Made by a program: the position numbers and the translations under genes. This document shows, piece by piece, positions 1 to 11,100 of a stretch of DNA of 64,000 bases. The notes below the pieces were generated by a model, which had not been told where the DNA came from, searched no databases, and saw nothing but the letters and a program-made list of their open reading frames with translations. The first letter of the stretch is position 1. Each line of letters starts with the position of its first letter. Source of the DNA: a virus; the IMG/VR virus record IMGVR_UViG_3300027788_000006, positions 1 through 64,000 of that record. One strand, written 5' to 3'.

Positions 1-440
1 CTGATACCATACTTAATCAATCAGCTAATAGAATTCCTATGACACTACAGTTAATGGAAGATATTAAAAAGATGGTGGATTCTTATTCTTCCTCAGAAGA
101 AGATATAGAAATGGCAGGTAAGATAATACCAACTATTGATCCTACAGGAGAGCCTTATTTACTTTATAGTTTCTCTGATATGTTAGAGGGATGTTGTTAT
201 AAATACAATAGGAATAAAGATGTTATGTATTGGATGGAAAAGTATGACATTCACAGACTCTCTCGTTGTAATGCTGAAGAAGCTATTAGATATTTTGATG
301 AGAAAGAACAGTTAGATTCAAGATGCTTTAAATCTTTAGAAGTAAAATGTAGGGAACAAATACAAATTCACAATAGAGAATTGTATACGTTCAAAGTTCA
401 AGTTAAACCGGAGTACAGAAAGTACATGGAGGAACAATAA
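1..440 (+). CDS. Hypothetical phage protein, probably 5'-truncated
   Basis: ORF track starts at ATG 39, but frame 3 is open from position 3 (GAT ACC ATA CTT AAT...), so the true start may lie outside the window. No motif recognised. Confidence 0.6.
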   Translation, partial: DTILNQSANRIPMTLQLMEDIKKMVDSYSSSEEDIEMAGKIIPTIDPTGEPYLLYSFSDMLEGCCYKYNRNKDVMYWMEKYDIHRLSRCNAEEAIRYFDEKEQLDSRCFKSLEVKCREQIQIHNRELYTFKVQVKPEYRKYMEEQ

Positions 441-504
441 ACAGGAGTACATTCAGGATATACACCGAGGAGGGTGTTGTTACCCTGTTTAATTGTTATA
501 GGTT

Positions 505-537
505 GGGGGGAGGTCATGCTTCCCCCTTCCTTTTATT
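505..537 (+). terminator. Putative intrinsic terminator
   Basis: GGGGGAGG-tcatg-CTTCCCCC stem (one G-U pair) followed by ttccttttatt, in an intergenic region. Confidence 0.6.
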
Positions 538-557
538 AATAAATTTAAAATTAAAAT

Positions 558-1322
558 ATGAAAAACACAACAGTACTAATAGACGGAGATAGTTTAATCT
601 ATTTCGAAATGGGAAAGCCCACCCTAGAAGAAGCTATAACGGGAATAGATAACAGAATAAGAACTATATTAAATGCGTTCGAAACAACTAAATTTGCAGG
701 ATTTTTAACTCAAGGTAAATGTTTTAGATATGATAGAGCCTCAACTAAACCTTATAAAGGTAATAGAAAACATGGTGATAAACCTATTATATTTCCTGCT
801 ATAAAAGAATATTTGAGGCAACAATGGGGCTTTACACATCTCTCTCAGTTAGAAGCAGATGATTTGGTAGCTATATATAGAGAAGACTGTGTGGATGCTG
901 CGATAGCATCTCCAGATAAAGATGTTCTATATCAAGTACCAGGTAGACATTTTAACTATAGAACTTCTGAATTTATAGAGACTAGTGAAGAAGATGCAGA
1001 AAGATTTTTATGGAAACAAATGTTAATGGGAGATTCTACGGACGGTATAATTGGTATTCCTAAAATAGGTGAGAAAACTGCAGATAAATGGTTAAATCAG
1101 TTACAAGAAGATACAAGATATGGTAGTATGTCTGCTTTAGTTTTAAATAAATATATAGAAAAGTTTGGTAATCAAGAAGGAATTCATAAATTTGCTGAAA
1201 CATTTAAACTAGTCTATATATTAAAAACTAAAGACGAAGCTTACAAAGAAACATTACTTACATTACCAAACCTAATAACACATGAATTAGAAATTAAAAA
1301 CGAAGACGAATTATGGGGATAA
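558..1322 (+). CDS. 5'-3' exonuclease / flap endonuclease (T7 gp6 / PolI 5'-nuclease family)
   Basis: Motifs LIDGDS, YKGNR, EADD, SPDKD and helix-3-turn-helix GDSTDGIIGIPKIGEKTA. Confidence 0.92.
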   Translation: MKNTTVLIDGDSLIYFEMGKPTLEEAITGIDNRIRTILNAFETTKFAGFLTQGKCFRYDRASTKPYKGNRKHGDKPIIFPAIKEYLRQQWGFTHLSQLEADDLVAIYREDCVDAAIASPDKDVLYQVPGRHFNYRTSEFIETSEEDAERFLWKQMLMGDSTDGIIGIPKIGEKTADKWLNQLQEDTRYGSMSALVLNKYIEKFGNQEGIHKFAETFKLVYILKTKDEAYKETLLTLPNLITHELEIKNEDELWG

Positions 1323-2077
1323 GAGTAAAAGAATTAGTTTATGATATTATAGATGCTTTATCATTTAGAATATCAGGTGGGACTAAGTTATTAGAGGAGC
1401 ATAAAGCAGATAACAAAATAACAGCGTTAGAAGGAGAAGATGGTTTATATCTAAATACTGGGTTAACTATTAAAGTTCAAAAATTTAAGTATATAGTTAA
1501 TCATATAGAAGCTAAGACAAATAATAATGTTCTATCTTATATTTTATCTACTGATAAGAGAAATAAAGTAAGTTTATATATATTACCTATGCTAGGAGAA
1601 AAGAAGTCTATGTTCTTTTGGGATACCTTACTTATGAATGCTTTTATTGGGTATGACGAAGAAAGAGATGTAATATGTACTCTGTTTAGATTCTCAGGAG
1701 ATCCTTTATTCTTAAAGTTTGAGCAAGCGGTGCAGCAATTTTCTTATTATAAAGGTAAAGTTGATGTAGATTCTTACCATGTGATGTTTGTTTTTGATGT
1801 ACCACCTCAACATAAAAGAAGTTGGAATAAACTAAAGAAAGGACAATACTCAGAATTATCTATAAAATATAAAGAGAGAATTTTAAATTTCCATGGATTA
1901 ACTAGAAATAGTAGTGTAGGGCAAGTATTGTATAAATCTCCTAAGCGTAGGAAATTTCTAGAGAAATTGTTAAACTCTGCTATAGAAGAAGATTCAGAAT
2001 TGTTAACAGCTATAGACTTCGAAAAAGACATTTTTAAACCTAAAATATATGAATTTAATAAAAACCCATTAATATGA
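1313..2077 (+). CDS. Hypothetical phage protein
   Basis: 254-aa ORF overlapping both neighbours (coupled operon). No function recognised. Confidence 0.75.
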   Translation: MGIRVKELVYDIIDALSFRISGGTKLLEEHKADNKITALEGEDGLYLNTGLTIKVQKFKYIVNHIEAKTNNNVLSYILSTDKRNKVSLYILPMLGEKKSMFFWDTLLMNAFIGYDEERDVICTLFRFSGDPLFLKFEQAVQQFSYYKGKVDVDSYHVMFVFDVPPQHKRSWNKLKKGQYSELSIKYKERILNFHGLTRNSSVGQVLYKSPKRRKFLEKLLNSAIEEDSELLTAIDFEKDIFKPKIYEFNKNPLI

Positions 2078-2571
2078 CCAAGAAAAACGGCTGCGGATGT
2101 GGCTCAAAGAAGAATGTTCAGCCGATAGAAGACGCTGAGATAATTCATAATAAATATTATTATGAAAAAAATAGAAACAGCGATGCTAATCAGACAATAA
2201 GCACTACTATGCCAGGAAATCCCATTGTTAATCAAATAAATCCTAAAATGTTATTAAGTAAAGATGAATTAGCTAAGTATAAAGATAAAAAAGCAAAAAG
2301 TAACAGTGATGACTTTGGTCTTAGGCTTATAGATGTAACAAGAGGTATAACTGAGTTGTTGATGCTAAAAAACAAAGCATATGGTAATACAGCATTAAAC
2401 CCTACTAATATATTTAGTAAGTTAAATGCAACAGAAGCTATATGTGCTAGAATAGATGATAAATTATCTAGGATAGGTAACAAAGGCCTTTATGATGAAA
2501 CTGAAGACACAGTAGATGACTTAATAGGTTATTTACTACTACTTAAAATGGCAATGAAAGCTGAAAAATAA
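2074..2571 (+). CDS. DUF1599 / nucleotide-modification-associated domain 1 (all-alpha NTP-pyrophosphatase-like) protein
   Basis: C-terminal half has KNKAYGN...RIDDKLSRI...EDTVDDLIGYLLL; N-terminal GCGCG. Confidence 0.75.
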   Translation: MTKKNGCGCGSKKNVQPIEDAEIIHNKYYYEKNRNSDANQTISTTMPGNPIVNQINPKMLLSKDELAKYKDKKAKSNSDDFGLRLIDVTRGITELLMLKNKAYGNTALNPTNIFSKLNATEAICARIDDKLSRIGNKGLYDETEDTVDDLIGYLLLLKMAMKAEK

Positions 2572-2604
2572 AAATAAGGGGGTGTAAAAACCCCCTTTTT
2601 ATTT
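2570..2604. terminator. Bidirectional intrinsic terminator at the convergence of the replication and virion modules
   Basis: aaaaataa-GGGGGT-gtaaaa-ACCCCC-tttttattt: a GC stem with T-tracts on both strands, between convergent stop codons at 2571 and 2605. Confidence 0.88.
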
Positions 2605-3156
2605 CTATCGTATTCCAGCAGCAGTAAGCCTAGATAAGATACTATTTATAGAAGTATCTTGTGCTATCCTCTGTGTCCCGGCTCTAGTTATGTTCTGAGT
2701 ATTTGCATCAATTGCAGTTGCATTAGTAGTAATTGCACCTGTATTGGTAGTACCTCTACTTGCACTTGTAACTCGAGCTGTTTGACCTGGGCTTTTTTGT
2801 AAGTTAGTCTCTAAAGCGGATAAAGTATGCAAAACTTTGCCTAAATTTATAACTCTTCCATTATTTGGTAGTTGATATTTCATTATTAAAAAGCTAGTAT
2901 GATCTACTGTGTCTAGAATATAGTCTGAATTAATAAGAGAAAACATCTCATTGGTAATAGTGACTAAACCCTCTGCTGCATCTCCAATTACGGTTGGTGT
3001 AGTTGTTACATTTAATTTTGCTATTCTTTTACCTCCTGCTAAATATGCTAACTCAAACTGTCCTCTAGACGTGTTTTCTTTCATATATATTATACTACTG
3101 CTAGAAAGATGCATGGATCCTCCTGCTACTAAAGTTACTTCTATTTGTCTGTTCAT
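2605..3156 (-). CDS. Hypothetical virion protein with C-terminal coiled coil (head-fibre-like)
   Basis: Last gene of the virion operon. C-terminus INSILSRLTAAGIR, preceded by a heptad-like segment. Confidence 0.55.
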   Translation of the reverse strand: MNRQIEVTLVAGGSMHLSSSSIIYMKENTSRGQFELAYLAGGKRIAKLNVTTTPTVIGDAAEGLVTITNEMFSLINSDYILDTVDHTSFLIMKYQLPNNGRVINLGKVLHTLSALETNLQKSPGQTARVTSASRGTTNTGAITTNATAIDANTQNITRAGTQRIAQDTSINSILSRLTAAGIR

Positions 3157-3212
3157 GGTGTTGTTATTTTAAAATTAATTTTTGTTCCCCCTTTTTACTG
3201 TTCATTAGTTGT

Positions 3213-6200
3213 TTATTGCCTTGCGTATTTCATTTGAGGGTAAATTTCAACCGCTTTAGCCAACCCGTTTATACCTGGAGAAAATTTTACTAAATTGTAT
3301 CCTATAGGTGTTCTATCTTTTTTATTATTTTCTCCTAATAGAGTATCTCTTATTTCATCTAGGCTGTTCCCTAGTATACCTGTTAATTGTGCTCCTAATG
3401 AAAGAATAGGTAAACCAGATGCTCTTGGACCTGTCATCTCTGTAGGATCTAAAAATATTGCTGTCTCACGGTATATTCTTCCTAATACATTATGTATTTT
3501 TCTACCTGCCCAGGTTTGTCTAATATCTGTTTTATTATCCTCATCATAATCTCCTCCTGCTAAACTCATCATTAAAAACAATAGAGCCACAGCTCTTATT
3601 TCTGCAATCATAGCTCTCAGGTTTCCCTGTTTCATTTTCAAGAACTCTTGAAAACCTTCTTCTTTTTCAACGGCATTCTTATAGCTGAACTCTTCATTAC
3701 CAACGTTATCCAATAAAAATTTCTCAAAGGCATTTCTTGCTTTCTTCTCTTTTATAGCAGTACCAAAGAAACCTGGTTTAAATACTCCAAATGTAGAAAC
3801 ATCTAAACCTAACTTAACCATATCTGTACCTATTTCCATAAGATATTCATGAGCTCCCACTTCTACATCTAATAACTGACCCATATCATCAAATCCTGTT
3901 TCTGGCCCAAAGTTACCAAATAAACCTCTCCAAGTACCTTGGTCGAAAGTCTCCATAACATGATCATATCTCATTTTACCAAATCTTTCCATAGCAATAC
4001 CTGGTAACCATGATCTATAGTGCATAAAGAATCTATTAATAAGATGTTGTTTAGCTGTAGTCATATCTTCTGGTGCAGTAGTACCTTTAACTTTACTACT
4101 CATTCTATGTACTCTACCTCTGAAGGTATCAAAACTATCATTAGTTTCATTTGGAATAGTAACCTTATATTTATCTAGAGGAGATCCTTTTTTATACTTA
4201 GTATTTTCTATTATTTCCATAGAATCATATAAAGACACTGTACCTTCTGGAAGCTGATCTAATCTTTTTAACTGTCCATTTTCATCTACACCGTGATTTT
4301 TAGACATAGCCACAGCTAATGTAGCATCTAAAGTCTTATCTGCTTGGGCTAAAAATTCAAACCATCTATCTTGTGTTAAGTATTTAGATTTCCAATTAGA
4401 AGCTAGCTCATCACCTCTTCTTTTAGATTGATCTATAAGCATAACTTCAAAGTGTTCTAAGATAGCTCTTACTTTAGGATCTCTATTTATAAGAGCCATT
4501 TCAGCTTCTTTTAATTGCTGTCTGTTATAATGTATTCCTTTTGTAGCTTGAATATGTAGACCTACAAACCCTGCTCCTAAAGCTCCTAATGCAACTGGCA
4601 TTTTTAAACCTAATGCTGATATAGAAGAAAAAGTTTTACCAGCTAATGCAACTCTTATAGCGCTGACTCCTGATTCTGATACAGCATCTGATGTTTTTAA
4701 TGATTGTCCATATAAACTTTCATTTATCATGTCAGTAAATAAATCCGACGAATTCTTTTGATTGTTACCAAATAATTCTCTTACCTGGTCTACACCTTTT
4801 TGTATTGGGTTACCTCTAAGGTCTTCTTGAACTTCACCTACCATACCTTCTTTAAGTACTAACTCTAATAAAAGTAAATCATCTTTTACGCTATTTAAAT
4901 ATTCATACTCCATAGCGCTCTTACCTAATAAATATAATGATCTACCTAGCTCTTTAGATCGTAATGATCTATCAACTTCATTGTCACTATTAAGTAATTC
5001 TCTAGTATATAATCTAGGTATCTCTCTTATAAAATTACCTTCCATATCTACAGACCCTAGTGACATGTTACTTTGTCTAACATTAAACGAATCTAAAGCA
5101 GATTCTTTTATAGCTTGTAATTTATTATCAGATTCTAATATACTATCTATGACACTTTGTTGTACATTACCAATAAATGTAGGGCCTAACTTCATACCAA
5201 ACATCTTTTCAAAATCATTAACTTTTCTTATGTGAAAATCATAAAAGTTTTTTAAAGGCTCATTAGATTGTATTTCTCTATAAGCAGGAGTTAGATATTC
5301 AGAAGCTTGGGCTTCATTTAGTTTCGTAAAAAACTGACCTCCTTTACCTAACCAGGCAGAGTCATGAGTTAACACGTCGTATTCTTGTCTCCACTGTAAT
5401 TTTTTAGCATCTTTAGCTTCTTTAGATATTTTTAAAGAGTCTATAGCTTTAAAAGAGTTTTGTTCCCACACAGAATACTGTGAATTATAGTAATTCATAT
5501 CAGGTGTATAGAAAGTCTTCATCCATCCTATATTACCTGACTTTATAGCTTTATTTTTAAGATCATAAAGACTCTCTGAGTACTTAGCATGTAAATTATG
5601 TGTAACTGGATTTATAAGAAGATCAAAGACATTAACGTTATTATAGCCATTAGATTGCCCCCATTCCAATAAAGCCTCTTCATATTCATAAATTTCCTGA
5701 GCCAAGTCTTTTTCTTTTCGGATCATCACACCCTTCATCTTATGCATAGTCTTATAGATATACCTACTATAAGGAGACTTATGAGCTGAAGATGGTATCC
5801 AAGCTTCTAGAGTACCTCTTCTATTATATTTTATATTATTAATATCTTTTTCCCTAGCTTTTTTATCTACACGATTTATCATGTGGACTTTCATTTGTTC
5901 TATAGTAGTGTGAGTTTCAAATGATGCTTTAGCCATTTCATCTAATAAAGCTTTAGACTGCTTAGAATCTTTTTCTCTTAATTGATTTTTTATCTCAGGT
6001 AAAGAAGAGAATGCTGCAAAATGTTGTAGTTCTTCATATGCTTCTCTTAACTCCTCGTCAGTAAGATACTTAGGATTTAATATACTATCTCCGTTTTCAT
6101 CTAAGATAAATTCTTGCTCTACCCCTAACCCAGCATGTATACTATTTAATATTCTAAATGTCTCTACAATACCAGCGCTTACTTCTTGATCTATTTGTAG

Positions 6201-8138
6201 TCTCTTTATAATAAGTCTAGAGTCTGCCATTCTCTTTTCTAATAAGGCTTTGTCTGAGTATGCAGAGTGTTTAAATTTTCTAGCTAAAGTATTATACCTA
6301 CTCATCTCAGCTGTGATAAGTCTATTTATACTCTCATCATTTGTCATTTCGTTGGCAACAGGTATATGCTCTAAAAATCTATTGTTTGTATCTTCCCCGG
6401 TCCACATGTCTAAGTAAGTAATCTCATCTGTCATTAGATTATTCTCATCTCTCTTAAACATAATAGATATAGGGACTATTCTAGAGTGCCTTACTTTAGT
6501 GACTCCATATTTAGTAAGTAAAGCGTTCTTATACGCATTTAATTGATTATCATATCCTTCAAGAGAACTAGCATACATATCTCCAGTGATAGTTAATCCT
6601 TTTTTAGTAACTTCAGCGTTTGATCCTATTCTAGGGGATTTAAACTTCCAATCATATATTGAAGCAGAACCATCACTAAATATAACTAACACGTCTATTG
6701 TACCTCCTATATTATTTTTCTCATCAGATACAAACTGTTCTACTATAAGTTTAAACTTACCTGTAGTCTTTGTTTCTTTGTTTACAACCAGCTGTTGTGC
6801 TTTAGCCTCTTTAATTAAAAACTTAGCTCCTTTAACTAGAATATCAAATTGTGCTTTGGTAAAAGCAGGGCCTGATTGAGTCAGGATTTGATCATATGAT
6901 CTGTTAGTTTCCCCTGTAAACTTTTTAAGTAACTCTTCCATAACAAGATGACCTTTAGTACCAGTCCTCATACGAATCTCTTGCATGTCTTTTATTATCT
7001 TTACTTCTTTTTCTGTTCTATATTTATTACTAGAATTTTTCTTATACTTTAAAGATCCTTCATCACTACTTCTCTTCTTCAACATCTTATTTTCATATAC
7101 TGTTCCTTTACGGCCTACATAACGTTCAACAACTCCATTATCGGATAGTTTAGTAAAATACTTACGGAAATCTTTAATAGTTACATCTTCTATTTTGACT
7201 TCTTCTATTTCATAGAAAGATGCTTCTTCTGTAAGTTTATTTAAGATATTTTCCTGTCTAGTACCTTCATTATAAAATGTATTACTTTCTAATCCGACAG
7301 TTTTAGACATATTATTAAAATAAGAATCTAAATTTTTGTTTAATACTGAATGAGCAGTTTTAGTAAAAGGATCTCCATTAACTTTATTCATAATAGAACT
7401 TATATATTCCATTACTTTATTAAACCATCTTTTTAATCTCGATTTAACTTGTTTAGTCTCTTTGCCTCCCTCTCTTATTATCTCTTGGTGTATAAGTTTC
7501 CCCATTGCTTCCCGGGCAATCAAATCTTCATTACCCTCGTACAATGAAAAATGCACACTGTTAGGATTCATCAACTCTTTATATATCTCTGTATTTGGAA
7601 TAACTCTTCTCATGGAGTCATATAAAGGGTGTCCTTGAGATTTCAATACCTCTACTATAAAGTGAGATGCTTCTTCTGTTATAATAGATATATCTTGACC
7701 TTCTTTAGTAACCTCTATTAATCTATTGGCTATATCAGCAGCCGCTATTTGGTCAATTGGCTTACCGTTACTGTCAGTGACACTGTTTACCACATTTATA
7801 TCTAAGCCAAGTTTTTCAAACAGGTACTGTAACGAGTCTCCTACTTTAGACTTAAGCATATCCTCTTTAAGAGTCTGAGTCTCTGACTCTAATACTTGTG
7901 GGTTATTTTTAAAAGGAGCTATGATTCTCTGTACTATAGGAGAAATTAATCCTACAGAGTCTTCAGGTATATTATTAACTTCTAGATAATCTTCTACGGC
8001 TAAATAAGCAACAAGAGCTGCTTCCGGATCGTATCCTAAATCTGTTTGTATCTGTTTAAACAATTGAGACTCTGGCCCCTGTGATGTATAAACCGTTTCT
8101 ACTTGCCCTTGAGCATTTCTATCTATTCTACAAGCCAT
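3213..8138 (-). CDS. Giant virion cargo/ejection protein with degenerate zincin-like motif and PD-(D/E)XK nuclease domain
   Basis: 1641 aa, next to the RNAP. EEASH motif; GTKGH...E...GTIDVL...IYDWK...QLNAY nuclease motifs; hydrophobic segments in the C-terminal part. Confidence 0.75.
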   Translation of the reverse strand: MACRIDRNAQGQVETVYTSQGPESQLFKQIQTDLGYDPEAALVAYLAVEDYLEVNNIPEDSVGLISPIVQRIIAPFKNNPQVLESETQTLKEDMLKSKVGDSLQYLFEKLGLDINVVNSVTDSNGKPIDQIAAADIANRLIEVTKEGQDISIITEEASHFIVEVLKSQGHPLYDSMRRVIPNTEIYKELMNPNSVHFSLYEGNEDLIAREAMGKLIHQEIIREGGKETKQVKSRLKRWFNKVMEYISSIMNKVNGDPFTKTAHSVLNKNLDSYFNNMSKTVGLESNTFYNEGTRQENILNKLTEEASFYEIEEVKIEDVTIKDFRKYFTKLSDNGVVERYVGRKGTVYENKMLKKRSSDEGSLKYKKNSSNKYRTEKEVKIIKDMQEIRMRTGTKGHLVMEELLKKFTGETNRSYDQILTQSGPAFTKAQFDILVKGAKFLIKEAKAQQLVVNKETKTTGKFKLIVEQFVSDEKNNIGGTIDVLVIFSDGSASIYDWKFKSPRIGSNAEVTKKGLTITGDMYASSLEGYDNQLNAYKNALLTKYGVTKVRHSRIVPISIMFKRDENNLMTDEITYLDMWTGEDTNNRFLEHIPVANEMTNDESINRLITAEMSRYNTLARKFKHSAYSDKALLEKRMADSRLIIKRLQIDQEVSAGIVETFRILNSIHAGLGVEQEFILDENGDSILNPKYLTDEELREAYEELQHFAAFSSLPEIKNQLREKDSKQSKALLDEMAKASFETHTTIEQMKVHMINRVDKKAREKDINNIKYNRRGTLEAWIPSSAHKSPYSRYIYKTMHKMKGVMIRKEKDLAQEIYEYEEALLEWGQSNGYNNVNVFDLLINPVTHNLHAKYSESLYDLKNKAIKSGNIGWMKTFYTPDMNYYNSQYSVWEQNSFKAIDSLKISKEAKDAKKLQWRQEYDVLTHDSAWLGKGGQFFTKLNEAQASEYLTPAYREIQSNEPLKNFYDFHIRKVNDFEKMFGMKLGPTFIGNVQQSVIDSILESDNKLQAIKESALDSFNVRQSNMSLGSVDMEGNFIREIPRLYTRELLNSDNEVDRSLRSKELGRSLYLLGKSAMEYEYLNSVKDDLLLLELVLKEGMVGEVQEDLRGNPIQKGVDQVRELFGNNQKNSSDLFTDMINESLYGQSLKTSDAVSESGVSAIRVALAGKTFSSISALGLKMPVALGALGAGFVGLHIQATKGIHYNRQQLKEAEMALINRDPKVRAILEHFEVMLIDQSKRRGDELASNWKSKYLTQDRWFEFLAQADKTLDATLAVAMSKNHGVDENGQLKRLDQLPEGTVSLYDSMEIIENTKYKKGSPLDKYKVTIPNETNDSFDTFRGRVHRMSSKVKGTTAPEDMTTAKQHLINRFFMHYRSWLPGIAMERFGKMRYDHVMETFDQGTWRGLFGNFGPETGFDDMGQLLDVEVGAHEYLMEIGTDMVKLGLDVSTFGVFKPGFFGTAIKEKKARNAFEKFLLDNVGNEEFSYKNAVEKEEGFQEFLKMKQGNLRAMIAEIRAVALLFLMMSLAGGDYDEDNKTDIRQTWAGRKIHNVLGRIYRETAIFLDPTEMTGPRASGLPILSLGAQLTGILGNSLDEIRDTLLGENNKKDRTPIGYNLVKFSPGINGLAKAVEIYPQMKYARQ

Positions 8139-8141
8139 ATA

Positions 8142-11100
8142 TTAACACTCTTTATTAGTTTTATTGTATTTACTTTTAACTTTTTCGGATAGACTGCTTG
8201 TAGATCCTTCTTGTTCAGTTCCTTTAGCATCTTCATTAAGATCCATATTACTACGGCTTATGACTGTTATAGCAGCTACATCCATTGTGCTTCCTTTAAT
8301 AAACCCAGGATAGCTCTTAGCAAATCCGGACATGTCCTGGAATCCTAGACTATTTGCGAATGCAAATATAGGGTTTTTATTAGAAATATCTAAAGTATCT
8401 CTTAACCTTTTAGAATCCGTAGACGTACCCTCTAATTTCTTTCTGTTTATAGACCCTATCTCTAAGTTTACCACAGAACCATCTGGTAGCAAGTATTCTC
8501 CTGATATAGGTATAGTTTTTCCTTGTCTAGATAGTAAATGGTTAGTTTTCTCACCATTTAAAACTTTTTTAATATTCTCTAGTCCTAATGGTAACGTTTT
8601 TCTAACTCTCTTGATAGTATTAGAAGGTATAATATTACCTGAAGTCTCTAGAAATCTGTTTTTTACTCCTCTCTTTTCTTGACGTACTAAGTTATCCCCT
8701 TCAAGCCTAAACATATCATAATAATATGTTTTATCTTTTTTATTCTTAGTATGTACAAGAGTTATATATGGATTTTTTAACAAGGCCTCCACAATAAACT
8801 TATCAATTTGTGCTAAAGGTATAATATCTTTATTTAAATGTTTTATTAAAGATTGTTTAGTAGTATACCTCTGTGGAACAATTCTAGGATTATTGTATGA
8901 ATTAGATAAAAAAGAATTATAAGCCTTCTCCCAATAAGCCTGATTAAATCCATGTAAATTAACCTTAGTTACAAAATTAGTATAACGTGGAGAAGTTAAA
9001 GCCAATACATCTTCACTAGGTAATATACTACCAAATGCATAAGGAGAATAAGATAATCCTGATTGAGCTAAGCTAAATTTAAGTAAATCTTCAAATAATT
9101 TAGGGTTTTCTTCTTTAAGAGAATTCATTTCGTCTACTAAATCATTTAAATCTTCTACATCATACTTCTTACCAATAAGTCTTATAGAGTCTATATTAGA
9201 CTCATGACTAGTTTGAGAATATTCATCTAGTATAGGTAATAAATTATCTAAGGCTAAGTTATCTATTCCAACAGCTTCGTCCTTAAGTCTTCGAGGTAAA
9301 CTATTCTCACCTCTAAACATAGGTTCTATTTGTTCTGCTATATTTGTAAATCCTTCTCTTTCTTGTAATATAATATATGCAGATAAGAAATTATCAAATT
9401 GACTTAAGTAATATATAATATCGTCTTTAAATCTATCTGCAGTTATTAAATCTTTAGCAAGTTCAATATACTTTCTATGTATAATATCTGATGAATTTTT
9501 TAAATCTATACCAGATAATATAGTTTTAGAATTCATAAAAGTATCCTTTAAAGGCTGTAAAAAACTATCTTCAATTAATTTATCTGCATTAAGAAACATC
9601 GCTTTTTCGTCTACTTTTTCTTGTAAAGCTTTTAAGTAAATAACTTCGTTTCCATTTTGTAATTTAGTAGTATCATAAGAAGATACTTGTTGTAGATCTA
9701 ATAAGTCCAAACCATATTCTTTGTACCTAAGCATGTCAGTAAGCACTTGTACTTGAACAGACTTTTCATTCTCACTCATATCCTCAAACTTCTTCTCTAA
9801 CATTTCATTCAACCTAGCTTCATTAAACATTCTAGGATTATTAGGAAGCTGGCCGCCATATTTCGTTATTAAGGATTTTTTTATGTTAGAGTTGTATAAA
9901 AAGTCATTACTACTCATAGACTCTGCTTGACTTTCATTCCTAGATTTTACATAGTCATGTATAATAGGCTGAGACATAAAAGATAATACAGTTCTTAAAG
10001 GAACTCCTGATCTTAGTAGTACCATATGTATAGCTGCCATATCTTTACCGGCATTCACATACATTGCAAAAGGATTTTTCTCACCATCAACATATGCTGA
10101 TACATATTTTTGCATAGAAGCATTTATAAATCCTCCTTCTACATCTCTACTTCTAGATAAAGAAACACTAGAAGGATCTATACCTTCGAAATTAAATTCT
10201 ACTTCAGCTAGAGGGTTCCACATTAACCCTGCACGCTGTGCTTTAGCGGCGTGAGTTATCCCTGTAGCTACAATACCAGTACCTCCTAAAGTTTGATACA
10301 TATTGAATGTAGTATCTAGAATATTAGAGAATGAAGTTTCTTCTGATATACTTTTTTTAGTCTTATATCCAGGATTTTGTATTTCATGTATTTCTTCAGC
10401 TCTAGTTTCTAAGTCTAAAGCTCCAACAGGAGTCATTAACTGCGCAAAACTAGAAGGATGTTCTAATACATTTTTCATAAATGTAAGTAATTCATTCTGC
10501 AGAACTTGTCTTGGTTGTATAGCAGTCATATCTATACCTCCTTGCATAGGTGTACCTAACCCACTTAAATCATATTCTGCTAAATCTGCATCTAGCTCTT
10601 CTAATTCTTCTCTGTTTCTTAATTGTTCTAATCTAAAAGAAGCTACTGAAGGAGGCATAAACGTTGTTATTATAGAAGAGTATATATCTATATCTAATTC
10701 TCTCAATCGTTTTAAATCTTCTTTAGAAAGACTTCCATCAGGTCTAGGAGTAAATTCTTTTACTAAGTCAATAGTACCATCTTGAAATTCAGTGTTTGGT
10801 AAATATATAGTTAATTTATCAATATCAAAATCGGCCCCTGTCTTAGCAACCATTTCAGAAGGTACTATAATAGTGGAACCTGCGCTCTGAGGTAAGAATC
10901 CAACTACTTCTATAAAGTCTATTGAATTTAATCCCTCTGTAGGAATTCTAAATCCAATTAATTGTAAAGCTTCTTGAGATGCTTGTTTAACATCAAAGTC
11001 CTTACCTAAGTATTTTTTAAAGTAATGTGGTAAATATACCTGCATCGCTGTAGTCTTACCTGTAGTCTCATCTATATCATAGAACTTTAACTTTCTATCT

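Noticed and set aside
441-557. tRNA gene in the first intergenic region
   Set aside because: No cloverleaf, T-loop GTTC or CCA end; only hairpins.
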